DNA of 64,000 nucleotides, taken from NCBI GenBank assembly GCA_012295275.1, contig CM022679.1:3224001-3288000 (forward strand), read 5' to 3'. Of this stretch, positions 12,177-24,879 are shown piece by piece (position 1 is the first letter of the stretch; the number at the start of each line of letters is the position of its first letter). The notes below the pieces were generated by a model. It had not been told where the DNA came from. It did no database searches and saw only the letters and a list, made by a program, of their open reading frames with translations. Source of the stretch: Chrysomallon squamiferum. Its lineage: Eukaryota; Animalia; Mollusca. The position numbers and the translations under genes were made by a program.

Positions 12177-15121
12177 TAATAAATTAATGATATATACATG
12201 CATAAAAAACCAGCCTACTTGTAACAAAAATAAATTTAAATTTCTTAAACTTTTTTTTTAATATTCACACAATATTAATATTAATTTTGTGAACAGTAAT
12301 AAAGGAATATGAATATTTGAGACATACAGTCAAAGAAAAATTATTTAAATATGTAAAAGACAACATGATTACTTAAATTAGTAAACAATATTAAAATTAT
12401 TTAATAACTATGTTGAGAAGAATTACAGTCTGCTTTTTTAAATTCAGCTGTATAAATATATATTTTGTAATAATGTAGTGGATAATTAAACTATTTTGGT
12501 GGGTGAAAGAAAAACTTATCACAACCATTTTCTTGTTAAATAACTGAACAATACATAAATAAATAATTATATTCTAGTGAAGGCACTTGAACTGGGGTGT
12601 AGAATAATTATAATTTTGTTTTTAAAAGTTTTATGTAAGATTTTATATGTATGTGTATGTACGTCTAAATATCTGTGTATCTTGTACCGTCTCTGAAATT
12701 ATATGCATACATCTTTCTGTGTGTCTTTAACAAAGAATATTCATATGTTCGTGAGATAGATTTTTTTTTATTGCAAATGTAAATAATTATACTGAATGTA
12801 AATGTATCGCGTTACAAAGGGAGACAGATTATAAAAACATCAAACAGAGTGATGTTTGTACTGTACTGTGACTCAAGGCAAGAAACAAGGAGAAACCTGA
12901 GACATTTTCCTCTGACTTAGTCTCAACATTAAAAAAAACCTTTAAAATTTCATCTGAAAATAAAATACAATAATACACGACTGAATTATTCTGTTTTCTT
13001 TAGATGAAAATACACTGAAGAAAACTTAAAATAACAAATTGAAATAACGTTTCAATGCATTTAAGTTCTTTAAAATAAAACAGTGATTATAATGCATTTA
13101 AAATATATTTTAAAAATTCAGTTTGAAATAAAATTAGTAAGTAAATAATGAAATACATTTGTACTGAATACAAATGAATGATTATGTGAGATAACACATG
13201 AAGTAAATATTTTAAAATAAAATAAAACAATTAAATTTTTAAAATTCTTTTAAACAAATAAATGAATAAAACATCATATAGTACATAAATAAACAATAGT
13301 TTCGTAAATTCAAGTTAATAATTAATTAAAAAAGACAGATTAAATAATTCAGTTTAAAAACAATTACATTTAAAGACAAATATTAAAATTTAGAATAAAA
13401 CATGCGAGAGACAAATTTATCACATTTTATATAAAAAAAAAAAATACATAAAAGTCATATAAAATTATTATTTTGAAAAATTTAATATATATATCAAATA
13501 GAATAGTAAATAATTATTGATATGCAGAAACTCAAAGACCATTTGTAAAATGGATAGTAAATATTTACAAATTCTTTGTTTATAAAATTTGTTTTAGATT
13601 TGACTTGCCACAATGTGTAACAGATGATTTATTATTTTTTAAAATTTTTCCAACAACTGTATATTACCATTACAGGAATTAATTAATTAATTATAACTGT
13701 TTTTTATTGTTGTTTTGTTTTTTCCAGTGTAGCAGAAGTTTGAATCTGCCAGATCTGGCAACTAATTTGTACTTTGGAAGCCATTTTGAATTTCTCTTGT
13801 CTGAAAATGTCTTGTTTGTTTTTCCAGTTACTTTTTTTTTCTTTTTTAATTAACCTTAATCCTATAAACACTTTACCTTTATGTTGTAAACATATTAAAT
13901 CTATGTGAATACGCTAGATATGATTACACAGTTCAAATATTTTGTGTGTTATTAATACATCTTTTAAATAAGTTTATTTTAAACACAGACAGAACATGGT
14001 GACATGATTCAAATAAGCTCTCTGTTGTGAAAATATCATTTGAATAAACATCTAATTATAAAAAAAATTATTTTTAGAAAATGATAAAAAAAAAAAACAA
14101 GATGAATCTAATCAGTTTGTTCCAGAATATTTTAAATTTTAATCTTGATCATCTCATCATCATTTTTTTAACAGTTTATTAAAATTATTTTTCAGGTGTT
14201 TATATATAAACACAAATCCTGACTGAAACTAATTTTAATTATTTTTCTTCAGTTATCTGTATATTTATGAATCACACACTGAAGAAAATAATCCATTTGT
14301 CTTTTTCTGAAGAAGATATAAAAATATGCAAGCTCGATTTGAACAAACAGATACATTCTTTAACTACACACACTGTTTTCACAAAAGTCTGACTTACATT
14401 TTACAGAGTTGCATATTTTACATACTTTGCTGCTTTCCTGTGTTTAGTAATGTTTTCTATTAGAAATACATTTTTCTCCTGGAACCAAATAATACAGCTG
14501 TTGCACAAATTCCTTTTTTTTTTCTTTTTCTTCTTCATTTTTTTTTCCTTCAAAAATAAAATCAACCCAAGATTCCACACAAACATAAAATTAATTTCTA
14601 TCTGGACGAATTTCCATAAAATCCATAAAGTTGTCCTTCTTTAGAACAAACTAAGGTTTTTTTTTTTTCCCAAAGTTTTTTTTCCATCCACAAAAGAAAA
14701 ACTGTTTTATATCTGATTCTCCATTCAAATATTCTGTGATATTACAAAAGAAATGTTTATTAATTCATTTTTCAGAGAGAATCTGGCCCCACTTTTATAT
14801 CAAACACTTATCAGTTGATCTCAGTAAAACCGCAATTGAACATTTAAGGCGACAAAAGCACAATAACAGCAGCGACATTAATTTATGTCAAAAATAGTTT
14901 TTCTTTTTCTGTTTTACACACAAACTAAAATCAACACAGAAAACTCTCACACAATAATTAACATTTAAAAATAATTTTCCATATTTGTATTTTTGTACAC
15001 AACTTTAAACTTAATAATTTAGACAATCAACATACTTTGATACAGTTATAAAATACATTAATGATCTCTTTTTTTTTTACATCTTCCTCTCCCTCCAGTA
15101 ATTCTAAATTTAAAACTAAAA
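9700..15121 (-). other. Probable long 3'UTR / 3' transcribed region of the main cadherin gene (end approximate)
   Basis: Same CpG depletion and T-rich sense-strand bias as the gene body; no exon-like ORFs; many possible AATAAA signals. Confidence 0.35.
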
Positions 15122-15416
15122 CTAAATTTCTGTAGTCTGTAATCCATCAATATTCCTCGTTGTAATCGAATCACTATCGGGAACATGTGCATGTCCATTT
15201 GTAATTTTTAATTTCCCATTTCCATTCTGGAATTTTTTGGACATGTCGTGATTTTTCAAGTTTCTGGAAGTTTCGTGTTCATTTAATGCAGCTTTCAAGT
15301 ACAGGTCTCTCATTCTCTGTGTGTTCTCTTTGTCTTCTGGGAAGATGTTCATAGAAACTTCTTGTTCATCGTAATGTCGATTGTGCTGTACTGCGTTTTC
15401 ATCCAAAGAGTTGATT
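15122..15416 (-). CDS. Cad87A: Cadherin terminal coding exon 35 (INSLDENAV...IDGLQTTEI*)
   Basis: tttcag acceptor, phase 2; NSLDEN motif; class I PDZ-binding C-terminus; TAG at 15122-15124. Confidence 0.9.
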
Positions 15417-15487
15417 CTGAAATAGAGATAACTGGATGTCAGTGATTTTAAATAAATAAAAAAAACAAATAACAACAACAACAACAA

Positions 15488-15519
<32 letters not shown>

Positions 15520-17040
15520 TAATAGATAAATAAATAAATAAATAAAAATAAAATAAACAAATAAACAAAAACAAAAAACCCCTGATAAAACGTATAACAA
15601 ACTGAGAAACAAACAAACAAACAAACAAACACAAATTAATATATAAATATTTATATAATTAAATAGATAAATAAAGATATTCACAAGTTACTAATCTATA
15701 TCTCAAAACAAATGAATGAATATGTTTATACACACTTAATATTTTAACATAACTTAAATATAAGTTGATTTTCTGAGGGGTAAAGCAGTTATAAAATAAC
15801 TGACAGTACAGTGTTTTCACAACATTGGTAACTATATGTAAAATTAATTCAGAAATAAAGTAGACAAATACAAGGTATTTAAAGAACAAAATAATTAATT
15901 CATGATTAATGGGTTATTTATTTATATGTGTTCGTAAGAAAAGTTGTTCTGTCTTACAATGTCAGATTATACATGACAAATTATATCCATTTTTTGAATG
16001 AACAATCTAATTACATTATCATATTTATTCAAACTAGGACTATAATAATAACAACCACAAATAATACATCTTGCCAACATCTTGTTATTTTCTAGTTATA
16101 ACTCAAGATATTATGATCATCATAGCAATCAGTATAGATAAAAGGAAGTCAAAATAAAGGACTGCAAAACTGATTAGTAATTATTAACTCATACTCTGGG
16201 TACTATTTTAAAAATAAAATGTATTTTTAATTACATACTTCATTCAAATATGTTTACATTCTGTTAAAAGAATTTAACTAATGGTTAGATCTATAACTTG
16301 AAAGTGTGCATCAAACATAAAATATTTGCATTTGCTAAAACAAAATAGATAAAATAAATTTTACAGAATTATATCTCATGAAAAATACATAAACAAAATC
16401 CCAATAACAAAAATAAAATAATAAATATATAGTAACAAAATAAAAATCAACTCATTTAAATAAATTAGTAATAATGCAACATGCATTTAATTATAGCTAA
16501 AATTTAACAAAATAAAAGGAATAATAATAATAATAATTAAAATTTAAAATCTTTATGTATCATATAATAATTAGTTTGAAATATATCTGTCTGTGGTTAT
16601 TAAAAAAGAAACATATCCAATCTAACTAAAGTTGAAGTTCAATATGCAGTCTTTTTTATCAGTATTAAGTAATGCTACAAATAAATAAATAAATAAATAA
16701 ATACAATTTTTTAAAAATAAAATAGTAATAATAAAAAAAGAAACAAAAATATTTTCCATAGTAAATACAGAGTGATCATTAAAAAAGAATTAAAAAAGAA
16801 CAATGCTAATTTCAGTAAATAAATAAATAAATAAATAAATAACATTTTATGAAAAAATATTTACACAATTAATTTGAGATATATATATATAAAAAGGAAG
16901 AAAAAGAAAAAAAGGATCCATTTTAAAAAATGAATTATGAAAAGAACTAACTTTAAAAAATGAATGAATGAACAAATAAATAAATGAGTAGATGAATGGA
17001 TGGATGGATGAATTAATGAATGAATGAATAAATGAATGAA

Positions 17041-17071
<31 letters not shown>

Positions 17072-17103
17072 AGAGGAAGCAGCTTCAATTTTGTGGTTCT
17101 TAC

Positions 17104-17109
17104 CTTAAG
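17104..17109 (-). CDS. Candidate 6-nt microexon (adds LR)
   Basis: ccccacctctcacacag|CTTAAG|gtaaga; phase 2-2, frame-preserving. Confidence 0.55.
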
Positions 17110-17453
17110 CTGTGTGAGAGGTGGGGATCCTAGTTTACCAAATAAAAATAAATTTAAATCAATATTTGAACTGCTTGGTTTCTTTATAATAAACAAATAA
17201 TAACTGATAAATAAATAAAATAAATAAACAAAAAACAAAACAAAATAAAATAAAATAAAATAAAATAATAAATATTAAATGATATAGAGATAAATAATGT
17301 TCAAAGAGTTTAAAAAAAAAAATAATAACAAATGAAAAGTAAATAACTAAATTAAAATATAAACAAATAAATAAATCTTCTGAACTGTGTGATTTATTCA
17401 AATAAACAGGCAATAAATAATGTAAAATAACTGTAGAATTGATGCAATATTTC

Positions 17454-17502
<49 letters not shown>

Positions 17503-18659
17503 AATAAATAATAAAAATATATATAAAAAATAAAAAATAATGAAATAGAACTAAAATAAAGCATAAAATTTAAAACACGATAAAATAAACAAAATCAAAT
17601 GGGATTACAATGAAATGACAATAAATACTAACAAAAAATGATATAAATAAATTACATTACAAATATTAAAAAATGATTTCACAACTAAATTAAATTAAAA
17701 AAATAATAATAATAATGACACAAATAATAATAAAAAAATAAAAAAATATGCTAAAACAAGCAAATAAATATTAGTTTCATTATCACAAAGAACAATCATG
17801 TTTTTTAAACAAATAACAAATATTGACTGAGATCTTCATCCACCATAAACAACATGAACATTAAACATGAATCAGCTTTTATTTTAGATAACCATCAAAA
17901 TGTCATTTAAACTATTTTCTTTACAAGCATTAGCTAAATCTAAAGGATAAAGGATTAATGAATTTATGAAGGATTAGAAGCATTTTTAGTTTTGCAGGCA
18001 AAATATTACATTTGTTAAATGAAATATTTTCAAAATACTCTAAACCTGGAGATAAAAAAAAAACAAAAAAAACATTGATAGCTAGAAAGTATAAGACCTT
18101 TATTATTTTCTTGTGATGTGACCTCCATCTTAGATTTTAACGTATAATATCTGTATTAACAGGTTATTTATTTATTTATTTGTTTATTTATTTATTTATT
18201 TATTACATGTATGTTATAATTTGAGGTTTATTTAGTTCAGATTATGTTGATAATCTTTTATACCAGTAATATTTCAATTTAACCTGTGTATCTTGTAATT
18301 AGACTAAACAGTAATAGGATCAGTGTCTATTTCAGATTAGCCTTGCTTCAACTGCATATCTGTTTTTGTATGAACTGCATTTCTGAATTATTAATCTACA
18401 GTAATCAGTTTAAATTAAATAACTTATCAAAGGTAAAATAAATTTTGTTATATTTATTGTTGACCTACTTATTAAGTTCACATTTTTGTTTGATCTATGG
18501 ATATTTTAAATTTCACATTTTTAAATTATTATTTTACGTGCTTTTGTTTTGGGTCACAATGGCGATAGAGACTGTATTTTTACTTTATTTAATTACTGAG
18601 ATGACTCAGGTTTAGAATATTTTGATTATCTCATAAATAAACATGAAGTCAATACCCAC

Positions 18660-18713
18660 CCATCATCATCAGCATGTTCCAACATAACCTTTTCCAGGTA
18701 GATAGGATTTGCA
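18660..18713 (-). CDS. Cad87A: Cadherin exon 34 (ANPIYLEKVMLEHADDD), NPxY-containing symmetric exon
   Basis: ttcacag acceptor, GG|GTGGGT donor, phase 2-2; supplies the NP motif expected after PxTNxH. Confidence 0.85.
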
Positions 18714-18804
18714 CTGTGAAGGAAACAAAATAATAATTATATTGAAATAATAAAGAAATAATTTAATATAGGATTTTGGAATATGTTCAGCAAATAACAG
18801 AGAA

Positions 18805-19420
18805 ATACGACAGGTGTGTTTTATGTAAATACAGGTACATTTAAAATAATACATTCAGTTAATAACAGGTGTATCATAACAGGTACATTTCAAGAAATTA
18901 CAGATTAATATCAAATATTAAATGAATGTGTAACTCAGGTAATTATATATATTTAATTGATGACAGGTGTATCATATTTAATTACAGTTGTATTCAGTTA
19001 ATGACAGGTTTATCATGTATAATTACAGGCATATTTCATTTAATTACAGGTACATTAAATTAATGACAGGTGTATCATGTGTAATTACAGGTATATTTCA
19101 TTTAATTACTGGCATATTTCATTTAATTACAGGTATATTCAGTTAATGACAGCTGTATCATGTATAATTGCAGGTAGAGTCAAGTAATTATAGCTACATC
19201 ACAAGTAATTACACATAATTAACAGCACATATTATTCAATTAATTGCAGGGATTTTTTTGTATTAATTGCAGAAAAATATCAAGAAATAATATGTAAATC
19301 TGAAACAATGATAACTACATTTTAAGTAATTATGTGTGTCTTTTAATTAATTACTGAGCTATTTCAAGTAATTAAAAACATATTTTAATTAATTATATAC
19401 TGATGTGTAATTAATTACAC
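18805..19420. repeat. Degenerate ~20-bp minisatellite (core TAATTACAGGT..ATT)
   Basis: Repeated aattacagg/atgacagg units. Confidence 0.8.
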
Positions 19421-19619
19421 TGTATCCTGGGTTCACTCTCACATATTACTTTTTATTACCCTCAAAAATAACAAAATAATAAATGAAAAAAAAAGAATGA
19501 AAAGAAGAAAAAGGAAATTCAAATAAATAAAAATAAATAAAAATGATTAAACTAAATAATTAAGATTATTTCTAATTTATTGCATTTTTTCTTGGTTAGA
19601 AATTGAATAGTTAATGCAA

Positions 19620-19662
<43 letters not shown>

Positions 19663-21085
19663 TCCAGATGTTTGGATATGTTATATTTACATATATTTAT
19701 ACATACATATGCACATGCACACATGTGCATAACACACATATACATAAACACTCATCAGTACATACAATATAATAATTTTTAATAAATTTCACATTACTAA
19801 TCAAAGTAAAATTTACATACTAATTGTTGGCTAAATACTATTATCCAAACAACAAGGATAAAAATTTATCTAACCAGATGATTATTAGAATTAGTTTTAG
19901 ACAATCAAAATATTTACCAATGAGAACATTTATAAAATAAATCAGAACCAACCAGAATAAATTCTTCAAAATATTAAAATATTAATGAATAGAGTTTAAT
20001 GGTGTAAATATTAATTTTGTTATCTTCATAATTACATGTCTTTTTTGTTTGTCTGTTGTTTTTTTTAAAATTAATATTTATATATTTTAATAAAAAGTAA
20101 TAATAAAAACTTTTTAAATTTAAAATAACAACAATTTTGAGTAGGTGAATTGCACATTTAAACAATCAAATTTTACATCACATACAGCCATTGACACGAA
20201 CACAGGAGAACAAGCTCAGTGATTGGTGGAATGGGGTACCCACAATTCCATGCAATATGTCAAAGGTTGAAACTATTCTCAGCATGATGGCATGAGATTA
20301 CATATCATTATGTGATATAATATATTTTATGCTAATATTTTGATAAAGATAAAACAAAATTACAAACATAAAGTAAAATGAAAAGACAAAAGTAGACAAT
20401 AAAAACAATTAATTAACAACAAGAAAATTTAGAGAAAAAAAAAAAAAAAAAAGAAGAAAAAAGATAATTAAATAAAAATTAAAATAATGAATTAAAAAAT
20501 TAGTCCATTTCCCAAAACAGAATAACGAAAGAGTGATGAAACAATGATTTATGATTAATAAATTATGAAGTAATATAATAAATTTGATCATCTCATATAC
20601 ATTTATCTGTATAATATACATTTGATTTATATAATTATACAATAAATTAATATAATATATACTATATAATAAATAAATATATATAATTTATTTTTTAATA
20701 TACAGTAATTAAAAACTAAAAAAAAAATATTAAAATATTTCAACAGACAATGTAATTTCGTTTTACAAAATGAAAATATATTTTTATCTGTTTTAAATTA
20801 AAATCAACCTGAATATTATTTTATCTTTTTTAAATATAAAAGATACTGATATTTAAATATATATTAAAATACTTTAGCCCACACTGAAAATAAATGTAAA
20901 CAAATATTTAAATGTTAGGTGACATCACACAAGAAAGAATCTGAATATTTTTCACATAGAAAAAAGCCACTATATACATCATGCATATATAACATAATAT
21001 GATTATATGTACTTAGATATCTAATAGGTGATATGAATATTAATTTACAACATAGAACAAGAGATGATTTTGTTCTGAACTTTAC

Positions 21086-21124
21086 CCTCTCTAAAATCGT
21101 GTCTGACCCTCAAACATACGAGGC
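21086..21124 (-). CDS. Candidate alternative exon encoding a short C-terminus KPRMFEGQTRF*
   Basis: ttttcatattcatttag acceptor, GG|GTAAAG donor, phase-2 entry, in-frame TAG. Confidence 0.4.
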
Positions 21125-21293
21125 CTAAATGAATATGAAAATAACATGAAATAATTATCACACAGTGTAAGAAGGACGTGAGGGTAGGGGAAAAATAAGA
21201 TGGAGGAGTTAATGAACATTCAAAAGTAAAACAGATGATTAAAAAAAAAAAAAAAAAAATAAAAAAAAAAACAAAACTGAAAAAGTAGTAATA

Positions 21294-21337
<44 letters not shown>

Positions 21338-21513
21338 TAATAATAATAATAATAATAATAATGAATAATAATAATAATAATAAATTCAAAACAAAGGAAG
21401 TTAATTAAAAGATAAAATAAATAAATAAAAGTAAAACAAATAAATAAATAAACGAAAAATTAAAATAAAATAATAAATCAATAAATATAGTAAAAATGTA
21501 GTAAAAACTCAAA

Positions 21514-21554
<41 letters not shown>

Positions 21555-21871
21555 TATGATCAAAATAATAAAATAAAATAAACAAATGAAAATTCAAAAA
21601 AAAAAAAAAAAATCTAATTAATAAATATAAAAAAAAAAAAAATCAAAATAATTAAATAAATAATTATAAAAACAAGTAAATGAATATAAACAAAATAATA
21701 ATTTTTTATAGCTAAATAAAACAAATATTTCAGAATAAAAAATAAAATTAAAAAAAATAATCAAATAATGTAATAATCAAATCAAATTAATTAAAATTAA
21801 AGACCAAACCTAACTTGGTGAAAATGAGGATAGCTAATTATAATATTTATCTCCACCACCCATATACCCAC

Positions 21872-21901
21872 CCTACACTGGTCTCCTGTGACTGATTGAC
21901 A
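21872..21901 (-). CDS. Candidate 30-nt alternative exon (VNQSQETSVG)
   Basis: tagcag acceptor, GG|GTGGGT donor, phase 2-2, open frame; weak pyrimidine tract. Confidence 0.3.
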
Positions 21902-23237
21902 CTGCTAATTAATAATAATAATTAATATTAATAGTCATTGAAAATAACTAATATTCAGAAAATATTTAACATTTTATATGGGTATGCATATTCATTTTTT
22001 GAATATGTATATCAAGTTAATTATCTCTTTAATTTTAATTACAAATATGTTCTCTGTAGTAACAGTATTAAAATGGGTTTGTTTTCAAATACTGTTGAAA
22101 ATCTGATGAAAATTGCTTGGTGACATTGTGAATATTTGTGTTATGTGATTTCATTTATAATAATAATAATAATAACAATAATAATTATTATTAAAATTAT
22201 TATAATAAATAAATTACAAGTTTTGCAATTTGTATTATTTTATTTACATAATTTATTTATTTATTGTTTTGTTTTTTTATTATTATTGTAGCTGTTATTA
22301 TTCTTACTGACAGTCTGATGAAGTGAATAATTAGATATACATTTGTTTCTAAAACATAAAACTGATGTTATAAATACTACACTAAACATAGATAACAAAA
22401 CTACACTGAGATAATTAAAAATATTTTCTAAACTCTAACAACAGTTTAATATATACCAGCATTAATATTATTACATCTATTAGCCATTCTATAATTAGCA
22501 ACACTAAAAACACCACACTATAGTAATAAGACAGACTAATTTACAGGATGACAGTCTTTTATGTGAAAATCTTGGGTTAAGATGAAGAATTTTTCTGTTT
22601 TTGAAACATTAAACTGATCTTTTTCATGTTACAGTTAAGTTGTGGGTTTGGGTTTGAATTGTGAAAACAAGAACTTTGGTGAAAATTCTGAATATTCTTA
22701 ATAAATGGGATGAAAGTAATGATTATTAGTATAATATCTTAGATATACAGTTCAGTAATAATTTCATAATGAACATTTAAAATCATGGTATGATTAATTG
22801 AAAAAAAAAAAAAAAAAAAAAAAAAAAATTAAAGATTTTTAATTGTTAAATATTTAAGTGTTTGTACAAAGATAATTTGACAGAAATAACCTGTTTCTCA
22901 CACAACATGATTTGCAGCAAAATAAATTGTTTTTATCTGCCTTCCCACAAATTAAGCCAGATAATATATATCACTTTTTACTTTGTACAGAAAAATTCAA
23001 TAAAATATTGAACAAAACAAAACTGAACAACATATCTGATCATAAAATCTCTTGGTTATTTTAAAAAAAACCATTTCCATCTGAGATTCCAGATAAAAAA
23101 AACTGTCAACCTTTTTTCTGTTAATAAAAACAAGTTTAAAGAAAGTGCAAAAATATAATTTTTTTTTTAATGTAATAAAGAATTATTTTAAATGATAGTG
23201 CTATCTAAACAACTATTAAAAATAAAATATTACATAC

Positions 23238-23301
23238 TTTTCATAGGAGTGAATGTTTGTTCCTGGCATCTCTAATTTATACAAGTCAGATTCCTGGGAA
23301 C
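23238..23301 (-). CDS. Cad87A: Cadherin exon 33 (GSQESDLYKLEMPGTNIHSYE)
   Basis: PxTNxH motif, poly-T cag acceptor, GTATGT donor, phase 1-2. Confidence 0.9.
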
Positions 23302-23407
23302 CTGAAAAAAAAAAAAAAATAAACAAATGCTTTTTTTTAAAATAAAATTTATATCTTATAAAAATTTAAAAATTGTTATAATAATAATAATAGCTATAAC
23401 AATAATG

Positions 23408-23465
<58 letters not shown>

Positions 23466-23988
23466 TAAAATAAAATAAGGAAAGAAAGATAGAAAGAAAA
23501 AAGCAAAAATTAAAAGCAAAAATTCAAAATAAATTTCATTAAGAAATTAAGGAAGATGAAAAGAAATTTAAAAAGTAATTAAAATTAATTGACCGATAAT
23601 TTGAATGCTACAAATATTCTTTGATTATTTTTAAAACAGAATATTATTATGACAATTAGTATTGTAACAGATTTTTGTTTCAATGTTTTTCATTAGGAAG
23701 AACTTTCTAAATTCATCAATTTATTTTGCAGTTTTTGTTTATTAATACTAACTTAAATTATTAAATGATATCAAAACCACAATTATGAGAGTAAATAAAG
23801 AATAATTAGCTTTTTGTTAGTAATGCTATTTTAGTGGAGTATAAAAACTCACATTGCTAGTAATATGCACATAATTTTACAGTTAGACATGTGTAGACAA
23901 GAGAAACATGCATCATTCTGCAGTAACAAATCAGTGATCAGCTGATTTAAATTAAAATACTTAGATTAAAAACACTTAAATATGTTGT

Positions 23989-24037
<49 letters not shown>

Positions 24038-24651
24038 TAATAATAATAAATTAATTAATAAAAAAAGGTGAAAGAAAATGTTGAATTTTAGTTTAAAATG
24101 AAACATTTCAAAATGTAATTTATGTTTAATTATAATCATGATTAAATGAAACCAATATAAATATAAATAGAATGTAATAAAATAAGAGAAAAATTAAAAT
24201 AAGAAAACTAGAAAAAGGAAAATAAAAAGGAAAACAAAAAAAATTATAATTATATATATATATAAAGTATTAAAAAAAAAAGAAGAAAAGAAAAGAAAGA
24301 AAAAAGAACAAATAAATACCCTCATACCCCCACCCCAAAAGCAAACACCCTAAAACAGAAGAATGATTTTACTAAACTATATTAAGGTAACATTTTTTAT
24401 TTAAATATTCTTTCTTGATTTTATATTAGTTCAATTCTTTCTGGTAGCAGCCACCAATAAGATTTGATCTTATATTTTTTAAGACCATTGTTAATTTCTT
24501 CAAAATTATGATTTTTTTTTTTGCTAAAAGACAATAATACAAAATAGCAAACTGGAAAGCTCACAAATTTTATAGCTTGTATATAAAACTATACAACAAA
24601 GAAGATTTAAACAGCAACCTGGATATCAAGAATTATTCATTTATAACATTG

Positions 24652-24671
24652 ATTATTATTATTATTATTAT

Positions 24672-24711
<40 letters not shown>

Positions 24712-24742
24712 GGTGGTGGTGGTAGTAGTAGTAGTAGTAGTG

Positions 24743-24775
<33 letters not shown>

Positions 24776-24797
24776 ACAGCAACAGTAGTAATAGTAG
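24652..24797. repeat. (ATT)n(AGT)n(GGT)n compound trinucleotide repeat
   Basis: Direct reading. Confidence 0.92.
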
Positions 24798-24864
24798 CAT
24801 TGCAGTGTTATTAGTAGTGTAAGTGGTATTGCAGATTATGTTATTCTTAAAACAAATTACATAC

Positions 24865-24879
24865 CCTCTCCTTTTTGAG
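24865..24879 (-). CDS. Candidate 15-nt alternative microexon (adds AQKGE)
   Basis: tttttcttctgttacctcttcactcag|CTCAAAAAGGAGAGG|gtatgt; phase 1-1, frame-preserving. Confidence 0.6.

Noticed and set aside
22545-22594. Possible 50-nt exon in a cytoplasmic-domain intron
   Set aside because: Weak A-rich acceptor and not frame-preserving.
23853-23856. tag|CAAT|gtgagt, a 4-nt microexon-like site
   Set aside because: Frameshifting length and poor pyrimidine tract; likely chance.
24577-24822. Gly/Ser-rich ORF resembling a linker or structural protein
   Set aside because: (AGT)n(GGT)n repeat on the antisense strand of an intron.
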